64,000 nt of DNA from contig JASNYD010000006.1 of the NCBI GenBank assembly GCA_048500355.1, positions 352,211 through 416,210 on the forward strand, read 5' to 3'. Origin of the DNA: Kofleriaceae bacterium. Lineage in GTDB: Bacteria > Myxococcota_A > Polyangia > Haliangiales > Haliangiaceae. Positions 15,091 to 31,189 of the stretch are shown here, one piece after another; the first letter of the stretch is position 1, and every line of letters begins with the position of its first letter. A model generated the notes under the pieces. It was not told the DNA's origin, did not search any database, and was given only the letters and a program-made list of their open reading frames with translations. A program made the position numbers and the translations under genes.

Positions 15091-15167
15091 GGCCTTCGCG
15101 CGCTCCGAGCCGCCCCGCGCCTGGGCGCGCCTGACCGAGGATCAAGTCGGTTGGCGGCGGGCCGCGG

Positions 15168-16209
15168 ATGCGGGTACGCTCGGCCGGGATGGAGCCGGTC
15201 GAGCTGGTCGACGTCCTCGACTCGCTGCTCGAGGGGCTGCAGGTGCTCGGCCCCGACTGGCGCTACCGCTACGTCAACGACGCGGCCGCCACCCACGGCC
15301 GCCGCCCCCGCGCCGAGCTCGTCGGCCGCACGATGCTCGAGTGCTACCCGGGCATCGAGGCGACGCCGGTGTTCGCGGTCCTGGCCCGCTGCATGCGCGA
15401 GCGGGCGGCGGAGACCCTGGAGACCGAGTTCGAGTACCCCGACGGCGCCCGCGGCTTCTTCGAGCTGCGCATCCGGCCGTACCGCGATGGCCTGATCGTG
15501 CTGTCGCTCGACGTCGGCGAGCGCAAGCGGCTGGCGCGCCAGATCGCCGAGGGCTACCGGCTGCGGGCGCTGGGCCAGATGGCGAGCGGGGTCGCCCACG
15601 ACCTCGGCAACCTGCTCAACCCCATCGGGCTCGAGCTGGTGCGCCTGGGCCGCCGGGTCACCGATCCCGAGGCCACCGCGTCGATCGAGCGCATCGCCGC
15701 CCTCGTCGGCCGGGGCGGCGAGACCGTGGCCCGGCTCCGCGACTACGGGCGCGCCGACGCGGCGTCGACGCCGGTCGAGCTCGACGCCGTGGTCGGCGAG
15801 GCGACCAGCCTGTGCCGCGAGCGCACCGCCCCGGGCGGCGGCGCCGTCGTCATCCGCGAGCGCCTGGGCGCGCCCCCCGCGGTCCTCGCCTGCCAGCGAG
15901 CTGCTGGCGGCGCTGGTCAACCTGGTGGTCAACGCCATCGACGCCATGCCGGGCGGTGGCTCGATCACGCTGCGCACCGGGGCAGGCGACGGCGTGGCCT
16001 GGGTCGAGGTCGAGGACACCGGCGCCGGGATGTCGGAGAGCACGCTGGCCCGCCTGGGCGAGCCCTTCTTCACCACCAAGGGCGCCGCCGGCACCGGGCT
16101 CGGGTTCGCCAACGTCCAGGCCTTCCTCCGCCGCCATGGCGGCACGATGCAGGTGCGCAGCGCGCCGGGGGCGGGCACGACCATCACCCTGGCCCTGCCG
16201 CTGGCGTGA
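15168..16209 (+). pseudogene. PAS-domain sensor histidine kinase with an apparent +1 frameshift near 15891
   Basis: The N-terminal PAS and H-box (MASGVAHDLGNLLNP) read in one frame up to about 15890. The N-box and G-box (LVNLVVNAIDA...GTGLG) continue in the +1 frame to 16209. A single extra T at about 15891 separates the two frames. Confidence 0.5.
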
Positions 16210-16243
16210 GCCGCCGGCGCGCGCCCGGTGTACAACCCCGGCC

Positions 16244-17314
<1,071 letters not shown>

Positions 17315-17345
17315 GCGCGACCGCGGCGCGACGGGCGGGCTCGTA

Positions 17346-17360
17346 GTAACGTTCCGTTAC
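17346..17360. promoter_or_regulatory. Perfect dyad GTAACG-TTC-CGTTAC (candidate enhancer-binding site)
   Basis: The inverted repeat lies ~45 bp upstream of a -24/-12 element. The same 15-mer recurs at 20707. Confidence 0.45.
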
Positions 17361-17391
17361 GTGGCGAACGGGATCTCGAGGGCTTGCGGGC

Positions 17392-17406
17392 CGGCACGGC
17401 GCTTGA
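17392..17406 (+). promoter_or_regulatory. Candidate sigma-54 promoter (GGCACG-N4-TTGA)
   Basis: It matches the TGGCACG-N4-TTGCW consensus at 10/11 informative positions with correct GG-to-GC spacing. It ends 14 bp before the ATG at 17420. Confidence 0.45.
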
Positions 17407-17419
17407 TGGATGGGGCGCC

Positions 17420-18819
<1,400 letters not shown>

Positions 18820-18823
<4 letters not shown>

Positions 18824-20709
18824 CCGGCGTGATCCTCATCCTCATCGGCTCGCTCGGCGTCGCGTTCTCGATCCTCATCCTGCGCTCGGATCCGACCCGC
18901 CACGACAACCGCGCCTTCGCCACCCTGGGGCTGCTCGACGCCACCATGGCGCTGTTCCGCGGCACCACCGCGCTCCACGGCGCCGACATCGCCGACCGCA
19001 CCGTGATGTACCCGTGCGCGCTCATGGCCCCGTTCCTGGCCTGGGCCACCCTCGAGTTCGCGTGGTCGTTCCCGTTCAACCGGCCGCTGCCGTGGCGGTG
19101 GCGGGTGCCGATCGCGGTCGCCACCCTGGCCACGCTGGTGCTGCTCGCCAGCGGCCGCTCGATCGAGCGCTCCAACCTGGCCAACGCCCTGTTCTTCGTG
19201 CCGGCGACGATCCTCATGATCGTGTGGCAGATGCGCAACCTGCGCCGGGTCGAGGGCGACCGTCTGGGCGCGCGCCTGGTGGTGGCGGCGCTGATCGTCC
19301 GCTGGATCACCGCCAACATCGTCTACGGGCTGTACAGCCGCATCGACGGCGAGCTGTGGTCGCAGCTCCTCTGGATCGAGACCACCCTCGTCGTCCTGTT
19401 CGGCTTCGTCCTCATCGGCCTGGGCTGCGTCCGCTCCAACCTGTTCACGTTCCGCAGCGCCCTGGGCGGGATCGCGCTGGAGGCGGCGTTCTTCCTCGCC
19501 GGCCTCGGCCTCACCGCCGTCGCCATGGTCGGCGCACTCGAGCTGCGCGAGCGCTTCCCCGGCCTCGGCCTCGCGCTCCTGCTCCTGGCCGCGCTCATCC
19601 CGCTGGCGGTGTTCGCGGTCACCGAGCGCCTGCGCCCGCGGCTCGAGGCCGGCGTCGATCCGCGCAAGGCCCGCAGCCACGAGCTGCTCGACCACGCCAT
19701 GGCCACCGCCACCGGCGACGTCGGCGAGCTGACCGCCACCGTCGAGCGCACCCTGGCCGCGATCAGCGACGGCGGGATCGTGCGCTTCCGCCCCGCCGCC
19801 GCGGCCGGCGACGACGAGGCCGAGCCGACCGCGCCGGCGACGTCGCGGACCGCGGCCCGCCGCGACGGCGCGACCCTGACGGTGCCGGTCCGCACCGGCG
19901 CCACCGTCCACGGCGCGCTCGAGCTCCGCGGCGGCATCCTCGATCGCGAGACCACGCTGGCCAGCGAGCGCCTCGCCGACCGCCTGGCCGCGGCCTGCGA
20001 GCTGCGCCGCCTCGCCGGCGAGCTGGAGGCGGCGAGCCGGCTGGCCGCGCTCGGGGCCTTCGCCGCCGCGATCGCGCACGACATCCGTACCCCGCTGACC
20101 AGCGTGCAGATGAACGTCCAGATGCTGCGGCGCAAGGTGGCGCTGCCCGCCGACGACATGGAGCACTTCGACATCGCGCTCGAGGAGCTGCGCCGCCTCG
20201 ACGCCCACGTCCGCGAGCTGCTCGACTACGCCAAGCCGCTCGCGCTCCACCGCGAGACCGTCGACGCCCGCGAGGTGGCCGAGGGGGCCGCCCGCACCGT
20301 CGCCCCGCTCCTGGCCGGCCGCGGTCAGCGCTTGACCTGCCGCCACGATCCCGACGTGCCGCCGATCGCGGCCGACCCCCACCGGCTGCGCCAGGTGCTG
20401 TGCAACCTGCTCGACAACGCCGCCCACGCCTCGCCGGCCGACGCCGCGATCGAGCTGGTCACGCGCCGCGACGGCGACCGGGTGGCGATCGACGTCGTCG
20501 ATCACGGCGCCGGCGTCGCCGCCGCCGACCTGACGCGCATCTTCGAGCCCTTCTTCACCACCCGCCCCGACGGCACCGGGCTCGGCCTCGCGATCTGCCA
20601 GAAGGTGGTGCGGGGCCACGGCGGCGACCTCGTCGTGCGCTCGCGCCCCGGCGACGGCGCGACCTTCACCGTGCTCCTGCCCACCGCCGCGCTGTCGACG
20701 GCGGCGTAA
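18820..20709 (+). CDS. Membrane sensor histidine kinase (multi-TM sensor + HisKA + HATPase)
   Basis: The GTG start overlaps the response-regulator stop. It has about 7 N-terminal TM helices, an H-box (IAHDIRTPL), an N-box (NLLDNAAHA) and a G-box (GTGLGLAIC). Confidence 0.85.
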
Positions 20710-20741
20710 CGTTCCGTTACCCGGGGTAGCGAAACGTTACC
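20707..20741. promoter_or_regulatory. Two tandem dyads (GTAACGTTCCGTTAC and GTAGCGAAACGTTAC) 20 bp apart, candidate enhancer
   Basis: The first dyad is the same perfect 15-mer as at 17346. It sits 60-85 bp upstream of a -24/-12 element and overlaps the kinase stop codon. Confidence 0.45.
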
Positions 20742-20793
20742 GGCGGTGGTCGCGGCCACCGCCGCAGGACGCAGACTTGGCGCGCTGCGCGCC

Positions 20794-20809
20794 CGGCACG
20801 CCAGGTGCT
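20794..20809 (+). promoter_or_regulatory. Candidate sigma-54 promoter (GGCACG-N4-GTGC)
   Basis: The GG and GC dinucleotides are spaced by 12. The element ends 13 bp before the GTG at 20822. Confidence 0.4.
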
Positions 20810-20821
20810 CTACGGGAGGGC

Positions 20822-21943
20822 GTGTGGACCCTGGCCCGCAAGATCCTCCTGCACGATCGGATCAAGTTCACGGTCGCGGCGGCGGGGGTGTCGATCAGCG
20901 TGATGCTGGTGCTGGTCCAGATCGGCCTGTACCTGGGCTTCATGCAGAACGCGTCGAACCTCATCGACCACGCCACCGCCGACGTGTGGGTGACCGGGGA
21001 GGGCAGCGAGAACTTCGACTTCTCGGCGCCCATCGACGAGCGCGCCTTCTACCGCGTGGCGTCGGTCCCGGGCGTGGCCCACGCCGAGCGCATGCTGCTC
21101 GCCTTCGGCCAGTTCCGGCTCGCCGACGGCGGCACCCAGGGCGTACAGGTGGTGGGGCTCGAGCCCGGCGGCCGCCTGCTGCGGCCGTGGAACGTCGTCG
21201 CCGGCGATCCGGCGCACATCCACCAGGCCGGCGCCATCATGGTCGACGTCACCGAGGCGGCCAAGCTCAAGCTCGACCGCGTCGGCGAGCGCCGCGAGAT
21301 CTTCGGCGTCCGCGCCGAGGTCGTCGGCCTGACCCGCGGCATCCGCAGCTTCACGACCTCGCCCTTCGTGTGGACCGACCTCGACAGCGCGCGCGCCTAC
21401 GCCCTCTACCCGGCCGAGCGCTTCAACTACGTCCTGGTCGAGGCCGCGCCCGGCGTCGACCCCGGAGACCTGGCCCGCCGCCTCGACCAGCTCCCCGGCC
21501 TCGACGCCTACACCGGACCGACGATGTCGGCGCGGGCCCGCCACTACTGGTCGTCGCGCACCGGCGTCGGCGCCGGCTTCTTCACCACCGCCGCGCTCGG
21601 CGTGATCGTCGGCCTCGTCGTCGTCGGCCAGATCCTCTACAACGGCACGCTCGAGCACCTGAAGGAGTACGGCACGCTCAAGGCCATGGGCGCCCGCGAC
21701 GGCGCCATCCTGCGCGTGATCGTCTACCAGGCGCTGATCTCGGCCGCGGTCGGCCTGGTGCTGGGCGGCGGCCTGGCCCTGGCGGCGCGGGCGGCGATGG
21801 CCGGCGCCAACCTCAACGTGCTGCTCACCCGCGACCTGGTGATCGTCACCGCGATCCTGACCGCGGTGATGTGCTGCCTGGCCTCGCTCCTGTCCGTCAT
21901 CAAGGTCCTGCGCCTCGATCCGGCCTCGGTCTTCAAGGGCTGA
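20822..21943 (+). CDS. ABC transporter permease (FtsX/DevC-like)
   Basis: It has an N-terminal TM helix, a large periplasmic loop and 3 C-terminal TM helices typical of FtsX/MacB-type permeases. The GTG start was chosen downstream of the promoter-like element. The ORF finder extends to a TTG at 20777. Confidence 0.75.
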   Translation: MWTLARKILLHDRIKFTVAAAGVSISVMLVLVQIGLYLGFMQNASNLIDHATADVWVTGEGSENFDFSAPIDERAFYRVASVPGVAHAERMLLAFGQFRLADGGTQGVQVVGLEPGGRLLRPWNVVAGDPAHIHQAGAIMVDVTEAAKLKLDRVGERREIFGVRAEVVGLTRGIRSFTTSPFVWTDLDSARAYALYPAERFNYVLVEAAPGVDPGDLARRLDQLPGLDAYTGPTMSARARHYWSSRTGVGAGFFTTAALGVIVGLVVVGQILYNGTLEHLKEYGTLKAMGARDGAILRVIVYQALISAAVGLVLGGGLALAARAAMAGANLNVLLTRDLVIVTAILTAVMCCLASLLSVIKVLRLDPASVFKG

Positions 21944-22002
21944 GGACCGCCCGAGCCGAGCCGTCCCCTCGTCGTCCACCCCTTCCGCCCGCGGAGCCCC
22001 CC

Positions 22003-22716
22003 ATGACCGAGCGCACCCCCATCGCCAGCCTGGCCGGCGTCTCCAAGATCTACGGCGCCGGCGAGACCCAGGTGAACGCCCTCGAGGGCGCCGACCTGTC
22101 GGTGTACCCCGGCGAGATCCTCCTCATCGAGGGGCCGTCGGGCTCGGGCAAGACCACGCTCATCTCGATCCTCGGCTTGCTCCTGCGTCCGACCTCGGGC
22201 GACGTGTTCGTGCGCGGCCAGCGGGTGACCGGCCTCGCCCAGCGCGAGCTGCCGTCGATCCGCGCCGGCACCTTCGGCTTCATCTTCCAGGGCTTCAACC
22301 TGTTCCCGGCGCTCACCGCCGAGGAGAACGTCGCGATCGCCATCAAGATGAAGGACCCGCGCGCGCGCGACGCCGACGCCGAGGCCCGACGGCTGCTCAC
22401 CGCGGTCGGGCTCGACAACCGCATGCACCACAAGCCCGGCGACCTGTCGGGCGGCCAGAAGCAGCGGGTCGCGATCGCCCGCGCCCTCGGCGGGAACCCG
22501 CCCATCATCATCGGCGACGAACCGACCGCCGCCCTCGACACCCGGACCGCGCTCGGCGTGATGGCGCTCCTGCGCGAGCTGGCCTCGATCCAGGGCCGCG
22601 CCGTCGTCGTCGTCACCCACGACCCCCGGCTCGAGCGCTTCGCCGACCGGGTGGCGCGCGTCGAGGACGGCCGGGTCACCGCCGTCGACACCATCGATCA
22701 CAGCCGCGCCGCGTGA
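22003..22716 (+). CDS. ABC transporter ATP-binding protein
   Basis: It has Walker A (GPSGSGKTT), the LSGGQKQRVAIARAL signature, Walker B (IIIGDEPTAALD) and an H-loop (VTHD). Confidence 0.9.
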   Translation: MTERTPIASLAGVSKIYGAGETQVNALEGADLSVYPGEILLIEGPSGSGKTTLISILGLLLRPTSGDVFVRGQRVTGLAQRELPSIRAGTFGFIFQGFNLFPALTAEENVAIAIKMKDPRARDADAEARRLLTAVGLDNRMHHKPGDLSGGQKQRVAIARALGGNPPIIIGDEPTAALDTRTALGVMALLRELASIQGRAVVVVTHDPRLERFADRVARVEDGRVTAVDTIDHSRAA

Positions 22717-23867
22717 GCGGCGCCTGCCCCCCGGAGGTCCCCGTGTCCACCCTCAGCGATCCCACCTCGTCCTCGCCCCCGCGCCGGTCGCGCGCCCTCG
22801 CCCGCCGCACCACCCTCGGCGCCGCGCTCCTGCTCGCCGCCGCCGCCGTCGCCGGCGTGGCGTGGTCGCGCTCCCCGGCGCCCGCCCAGCCCGCCGCCAC
22901 CGGCGGCGCGGCCGCCCCGTCGGCCCCGATCGCGGCCCTGGTCGCCCCGGGCCTGGTCGAGGCCCGCGGCAACCGCGTCGAGCTCGGCTTCGAGGCCAGC
23001 GGCCGCATCGCCGAGCTGCTGGTCGAGGAGGGCGACGCCATCGCCGCCGGCCAGCTCCTGGGCCGCCTCGACGACCGGATCGCGCGGGCCCGGGTGGCGC
23101 GCGCCGAGGCCGCGGTCGAGATGGCCGCCGCCCGCCTGCAGGCGACGCGGCGCGGAGCGCGGCGCGACGAGGTCCGCGCCGCGGCCGCCGAGGCCGACGC
23201 CGCGGCGGCCGCCGCCCGCGAGCGCGGCCTCGTCCGCGACCGCGCCGAGGCGCTGCTGGCGTCCCACCCCGACGCCATCCCCCTGGCCGAGGTCGACGCC
23301 GCCCGCGGCCAGGCCGACGCCAGCGCCGCCACCGCGCGCGCCGCCGGGGCCCGCGTCGCGCTCCTGCGCTCCGGCTCGCGCGCCGAGGTGATCGCCGAGG
23401 CCCGCGCCGCCCACGCCGCCGCCCTGGCCGAGCTCGAGGAGGCCCGCGCCCACCTCGCCCACCACGAGCTGCGCGCGCCGCGCGCCGGCGTCGCGCTCCG
23501 CCGCCTGCACGAGACCGGCGAGCACGTCACGACGATGCCGCCGACCACGGTCCTCGTCCTCGCCGACACCACCCACCTCGAGCTGCGGGTCGAGGTCGAC
23601 GAGGCCGACGTCGGCCGGGTCGCGGTCGGGCAGCCGGCGTGGGCCACGGCGCTGGCCTACGGTGACCGTCGCTTCACCGGTCGGGTCACCCGCGTCGTCG
23701 GCGAGCTCGGCCGCAAGAGCCCGCGCCTCGACGACCCGCGCGCCCGCATCGACACCCGCGTGCTCGAGGTGGTGGTCGCGCTCGACGACGCGCCGGCCTT
23801 GCCGCTCGGGCTGCGCATGGACGTCCACCTCGCGCCCACCGGCCCCCGCCCGGACGGCGCGCGATGA
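22713..23867 (+). CDS. HlyD-family membrane fusion/periplasmic adaptor protein
   Basis: It has a signal anchor, Ala-rich coiled-coil repeats and the beta-barrel/lipoyl segments typical of HlyD/MFP proteins. The GTG start overlaps the ATPase stop. Confidence 0.7.
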   Translation: MSGACPPEVPVSTLSDPTSSSPPRRSRALARRTTLGAALLLAAAAVAGVAWSRSPAPAQPAATGGAAAPSAPIAALVAPGLVEARGNRVELGFEASGRIAELLVEEGDAIAAGQLLGRLDDRIARARVARAEAAVEMAAARLQATRRGARRDEVRAAAAEADAAAAAARERGLVRDRAEALLASHPDAIPLAEVDAARGQADASAATARAAGARVALLRSGSRAEVIAEARAAHAAALAELEEARAHLAHHELRAPRAGVALRRLHETGEHVTTMPPTTVLVLADTTHLELRVEVDEADVGRVAVGQPAWATALAYGDRRFTGRVTRVVGELGRKSPRLDDPRARIDTRVLEVVVALDDAPALPLGLRMDVHLAPTGPRPDGAR

Positions 23868-25411
23868 CCGCCGGCCGCCGGCGCGGCGCGGCGCGGCGGT
23901 CGCGGCCGCGGTGGGTGACGCTCGGGCTCGCGCTCGTCGCCGCGACCGCGACCGCGACGGCGCCGGCGCTCGGCCCCGCCCTGGCCCAGGGCTCGCCCGA
24001 CGCCGGCGACCGCGCCGCCGACACCCGCGCCATCGGGCTGGCCGAGGCCCAGGCCCTCGCCCGCGCCCGCAACGACGCGCGCGCCGCCGAGGCCGCGGCC
24101 GCCGCGCGCGCCGCCGCGATGGTCGGCGCCGCCGACGGCGTCGACGACCTGATCGTCGAGGCCGCGGTCGAGGGCGTGCGCCGCACCGCCGAGCCCACCG
24201 CCGGGCCGTTCTTCCAGGAGACCGACCTCGACGCCCTCACCGTGCGCGCCGCGGTGTGGAAGCCGCTGCCGTGGGGCGGCCGCGTCGGCGTGCAGGTCCG
24301 CGACGGCGTCAGCCGGACCCAGGCGCTGGTCGCCGCGGGCGGGCCGCCCGCCGAGCTCGCGTACACGGTGCACGGCCCGCGCGCCGAGCTGGTCTGGCAG
24401 CAGCCGCTCCTGCGCGGCCGCGGTCGCGCCGCCCACGACGGCCCGCGCCGGGTGGCCCGGGCCGAGGCCGACGCCGCCCGCGCCAGCCTCGACCTCGCCG
24501 ACACCCGGCTCGCCCTCGACGTCGCCCGCGCCTACTGGGAGCTGGCCTACGCCGCGCGCGAGCTCGCGATCCGGCAGAGCGCGCTCGACCTCGCCGGCGA
24601 GCAGCTCGCGATCACCCGGGCCCGGGTCGGCGCCGGCCGCGGCGCCGAGCTCGAGGTGCTCGCGGTGGAGCAAGCGATCGCCGCGCGCGAGGCGGCGCTG
24701 GTCGGCGCGCGCCTCGAGCTGTCGGCGCGCGCCCTCGAGCTGCGGGTGCTGCTCGCCCTCGAGGACGGCGATCCGCGGCCGCTGGCCGCCACCGATCCGC
24801 TGGACGCCCCGACCTCGCCGCCGCCCGCGCCGGCGGCGGCGCTGGCCCGCGCCCTGGCCTTCTCGCCCGAGCTGCGCGCGATCGACCACCAGGCCCGCGC
24901 CGCCGGCGCCCAGCTCGACGCGGCGGCCCGCGCCCGCGGCCCCGGCCTCGACCTCGTCGTCCGTGGCGGCCCCGCCGGCAACGCCGCCGATCAGGCCGAG
25001 GCCTGGGGGCAGCTCGCGCGCGCCGACGGCTTCGAGGCTGCCGCCGCGCTGTCCTTCACCCTGCCGGTCGGCGATCGCGCCGGCCGCGGCCAGCACGAGG
25101 CGGCGCGCCTCGCCCGCCGCGAGCTGGCGCACCGGCGCGAGGCCCGACGCGGTCGCCTCACCGCCGAGGTGGCGCGCGCGGTCGACGCCGTGACCCTGTC
25201 GGAGCGCCGGATCGCCGCCGCGGCGCGGGCGGCCGAGCTGGCCGAGCGCAACGTCGCCCTCGAGCTCGATCGCTGGCGCACCGGGCTCGGCACCAACTTC
25301 GACGTGCTGACCCGCCAGGACCAGGCCGCCGCCGCCGCCGCCGCGCTGGCCCGCGCCCACGCCGACCGCCAGCTCGCGGTGGCGGCGCTCGTCGCCCTGA
25401 CCGGACCGTGA
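23864..25411 (+). CDS. TolC-family outer-membrane efflux protein
   Basis: It has a signal peptide and two long helix/coiled-coil repeats (LDLADTRLALDVARAYWEL...). It is 515 aa and its ATG overlaps the HlyD stop. Confidence 0.7.
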   Translation: MTAGRRRGAARRSRPRWVTLGLALVAATATATAPALGPALAQGSPDAGDRAADTRAIGLAEAQALARARNDARAAEAAAAARAAAMVGAADGVDDLIVEAAVEGVRRTAEPTAGPFFQETDLDALTVRAAVWKPLPWGGRVGVQVRDGVSRTQALVAAGGPPAELAYTVHGPRAELVWQQPLLRGRGRAAHDGPRRVARAEADAARASLDLADTRLALDVARAYWELAYAARELAIRQSALDLAGEQLAITRARVGAGRGAELEVLAVEQAIAAREAALVGARLELSARALELRVLLALEDGDPRPLAATDPLDAPTSPPPAPAAALARALAFSPELRAIDHQARAAGAQLDAAARARGPGLDLVVRGGPAGNAADQAEAWGQLARADGFEAAAALSFTLPVGDRAGRGQHEAARLARRELAHRREARRGRLTAEVARAVDAVTLSERRIAAAARAAELAERNVALELDRWRTGLGTNFDVLTRQDQAAAAAAALARAHADRQLAVAALVALTGP

Positions 25412-25481
25412 GCCGGCGCCGGCGCCGGCGGAGCGCCGCCGGGTCATGACCGCCGCCGAGCCCGCGTGATACGGTGCGCCG

Positions 25482-26633
25482 GTGTTGACCGCGAAGCCCT
25501 CGTACCACGTGGTCCTCCTGCCCGGCGACGGCATCGGCGTCGAGGTCACCGCCGACGCCCGCGCCCTGCTCGAGGCGCTGGGCCCGCGCCTCGGCGTCGG
25601 CTTCGCCCTCGACGAGATCCCGTGCGGCGGCCTGTACTACCAGCAGCACGGGCGCCGCGACTGGCCCGAGGGCGCCGAGCAGCGCTGCCACGACGCCGAC
25701 GTCGTCCTGCTGGGCGCAGTGGGCTGGAACGGGCCCGACGGCCAGCCGGTGACGATGAGCAACGGCAAGATGGCGGGCTGGTCGCCGGTGATCGGCAACC
25801 GCGTCCGCCTCGGCCTCTACGCCAACGTCCGCCCCATCCGCCTGCTCAAGGGCGTCAAGCACGGCCTGTCGGGCCGCTTCGCCCAGGTCTGGGAGCCGGG
25901 CATGGTCGACATGATCATGGTCCGCGAGAACACCGAGGGCCTGTACAGCGGCATCGGCGGCGTCGCCGGCGACGCCGCCATCGACACCCGCGTCATCACC
26001 CGGGCCGCCTCGCGGCGCGTGATCCGCAAGGCGTTCGAGCTCAGCCGCGGCCGCGGCACCGGCGCCCCGGTCGACGGCAAGAAGCGCGTCACCTGCGTGG
26101 TCAAGCACAACGTCCTCCACGGCTGCAAGCTGTTCGCCGAGGTCTTCCACGAGGTCGGCAAGGACTTCCCCGACATCGAGAAGGACGTCGCCATCGTCGA
26201 CTCGTTCGCGATGTTCCTCCTGACCCGGCCCGAGCACTACGACGTCGTCGTCACCACCAACATGTTCGGTGACATCCTCACCGACCTGGGCTCGGTGCTG
26301 CAGGGCGGCATGGGGATGGCGGTCGGTTGCAACGTCGGCGACGACCACGCGATGTTCGAGCCCATCCACGGCTCGGCGCCGCCCCTGGCCGGCCGCGACC
26401 TCGCCAACCCGCTGGCGATGCTGCTGGCCACCGCCGAGGCCCTGCTGTGGCTGGGCCGCCGCCGCGGCGACGAGCGGCTGATCAAGGGCGGGCGCGCGAT
26501 CGACGACGCGGTCGCCGCGATCATCGCCCGCGGCAAGCCGCTCACGACGGACCTGGTCGGCGCCGAGCGCGGCGCGCCGCGATCGGTGGTCGCCGCCGCG
26601 GTGCGCGACGAGGCGCTGGCCCGCCTGGCCTGA
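25482..26633 (+). CDS. Isocitrate/isopropylmalate dehydrogenase family protein (3-IPM/tartrate-DH-like)
   Basis: It has the LLPGDGIG substrate loop, [21 protein letters not shown], and the full-length fold. Confidence 0.8.
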   Translation: MLTAKPSYHVVLLPGDGIGVEVTADARALLEALGPRLGVGFALDEIPCGGLYYQQHGRRDWPEGAEQRCHDADVVLLGAVGWNGPDGQPVTMSNGKMAGWSPVIGNRVRLGLYANVRPIRLLKGVKHGLSGRFAQVWEPGMVDMIMVRENTEGLYSGIGGVAGDAAIDTRVITRAASRRVIRKAFELSRGRGTGAPVDGKKRVTCVVKHNVLHGCKLFAEVFHEVGKDFPDIEKDVAIVDSFAMFLLTRPEHYDVVVTTNMFGDILTDLGSVLQGGMGMAVGCNVGDDHAMFEPIHGSAPPLAGRDLANPLAMLLATAEALLWLGRRRGDERLIKGGRAIDDAVAAIIARGKPLTTDLVGAERGAPRSVVAAAVRDEALARLA

Positions 26634-27098
26634 GGCCGAGGCCGACGCCGAATCCGAGGCCGAGGCCCGGATCCGAGGCCGAATCCGAATCCGAATCCGA
26701 ATCCGAGGCCGAATCCGAATCCGAGGCCGAATCCGAATCCGAGGCCGAATCCGAATCCGAGGCCGAATCCGAATCCGAATCCGAACCCGAGGCCGAATCC
26801 GAACCCGAGGCCGAACCCGAGGCCGAATCCGAATCCGAATCCGAATCCGAGGCCGAATCCGAATCCGAATCCGAGGCCGAATCCGAATCCGAGGCCGAAT
26901 CCGAATCCGAGGCCGAATCCGAATCCGAGACCGAATCCGAGGCCGAACCCGAATCCGAATCCGAGACCGAGCCCGAGGCCGAATCCGAATCCGAGGCCGA
27001 ATCCGAATCCGAGGCCGAACCCGAGGCCGAATCCGAACCCGAGGCCGAACCCGAGGCCGAATCCAAGGCCGAATCCGAATCCGAGGCCGAATCCGAGG
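26634..27098. repeat. Intergenic array of ~77 imperfect hexanucleotide repeats (CCGANN)n
   Basis: The units are GAATCC/GAGGCC/GAACCC/GAGACC with a strict 6-bp period. The array fills the whole gap between two convergent genes. Confidence 0.85.
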
Positions 27099-27109
27099 CC
27101 GGAGGCCGG

Positions 27110-27960
27110 TCAGGGCGTCTCGAGCGGCGGCGCGGGCTCGAGGACGACCGGGACGGCGGGGGTGCCGCGCATGACGCGGGTGACGCCGCCGTCGCGGTAG
27201 CCGGCGCGCGCGGCCACGGGCTCGTCGGCGATGACGCCGGTGACCCGCACCACCTGGCCGACGGCGACGTCCTCGACGTGGAGGACGCCACCCAGCCGCC
27301 AGGACGCCGGCACGCCGAGCGCGGCGAGGCGCGGCTCGGCGCCGGTGACCTCCGGCGTGCCGAGGACGCGGTACTTGACCAGCGGCGGCGCGAGGCGGAT
27401 CACGCCGGTCACGACCACGTCGCCGCCGGGCGCCGCGACGACGAACGGCGCGACCGCGGACGCGCGCAGGAAGATCCCACCGACCCAGCGCACGCCGAGC
27501 TCGGCGGCGACGCTGGTCCCACCGTCCCACGGCCGGCGCACCGGGGCGTGGAGCGGATGCGCCGGCCCGATCGCGACGCTCGCCGTCGGCGCCGGCTGCG
27601 GGCGGCGCTCGACGATCGCGGCGATCGGCTGCTCGGCGCGGACGCGGCGGCGGCGGACGGCCTGCACGCCGGCGGCGCCCAGGGTCACCAGCGAGACCGG
27701 CATCAGGAACGGGATGACGATGCTGCCGCCGGCGAGCAGCGCGGTGATCATCCACATGTCGCGCTCCCCGCCCAGCTTCATGTCCGGGTAGGACATCAGC
27801 TCACGCAGGCCCGCCATCGGCGCGACCATGCCGGCGCCACACTCGACGCAGTCGCGGGTCGGAGGCTGGACCAGCCGACAGCCGAGGCAGCAGTGGCCGT
27901 GGCGCATCGCCGGCGTCGCCTCCTCACCCCTGGCGCCGTCGCGACCCATGCCGCCCGAGG

Positions 27961-27967
<7 letters not shown>
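27110..27967 (-). CDS. Hypothetical membrane protein with N-terminal Cys/His zinc-ribbon-like motif
   Basis: It has HGHCCLGC...CVEC, then a TM helix, then a soluble domain. The start is uncertain (27907-27967). Confidence 0.4.
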
Positions 27968-30258
<2,291 letters not shown>

Positions 30259-30268
30259 CCGCTCGAGG

Positions 30269-31147
<879 letters not shown>

Positions 31148-31189
31148 CCACGCGTCACGCCGTGGGTTCCCGGCGACCCCGACGATCGG

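Noticed and set aside
20777-20821. TTG at 20777 as the permease start.
   Set aside because: It would place the -24/-12 element inside the coding region. The conserved permease N-terminus begins at the GTG at 20822.
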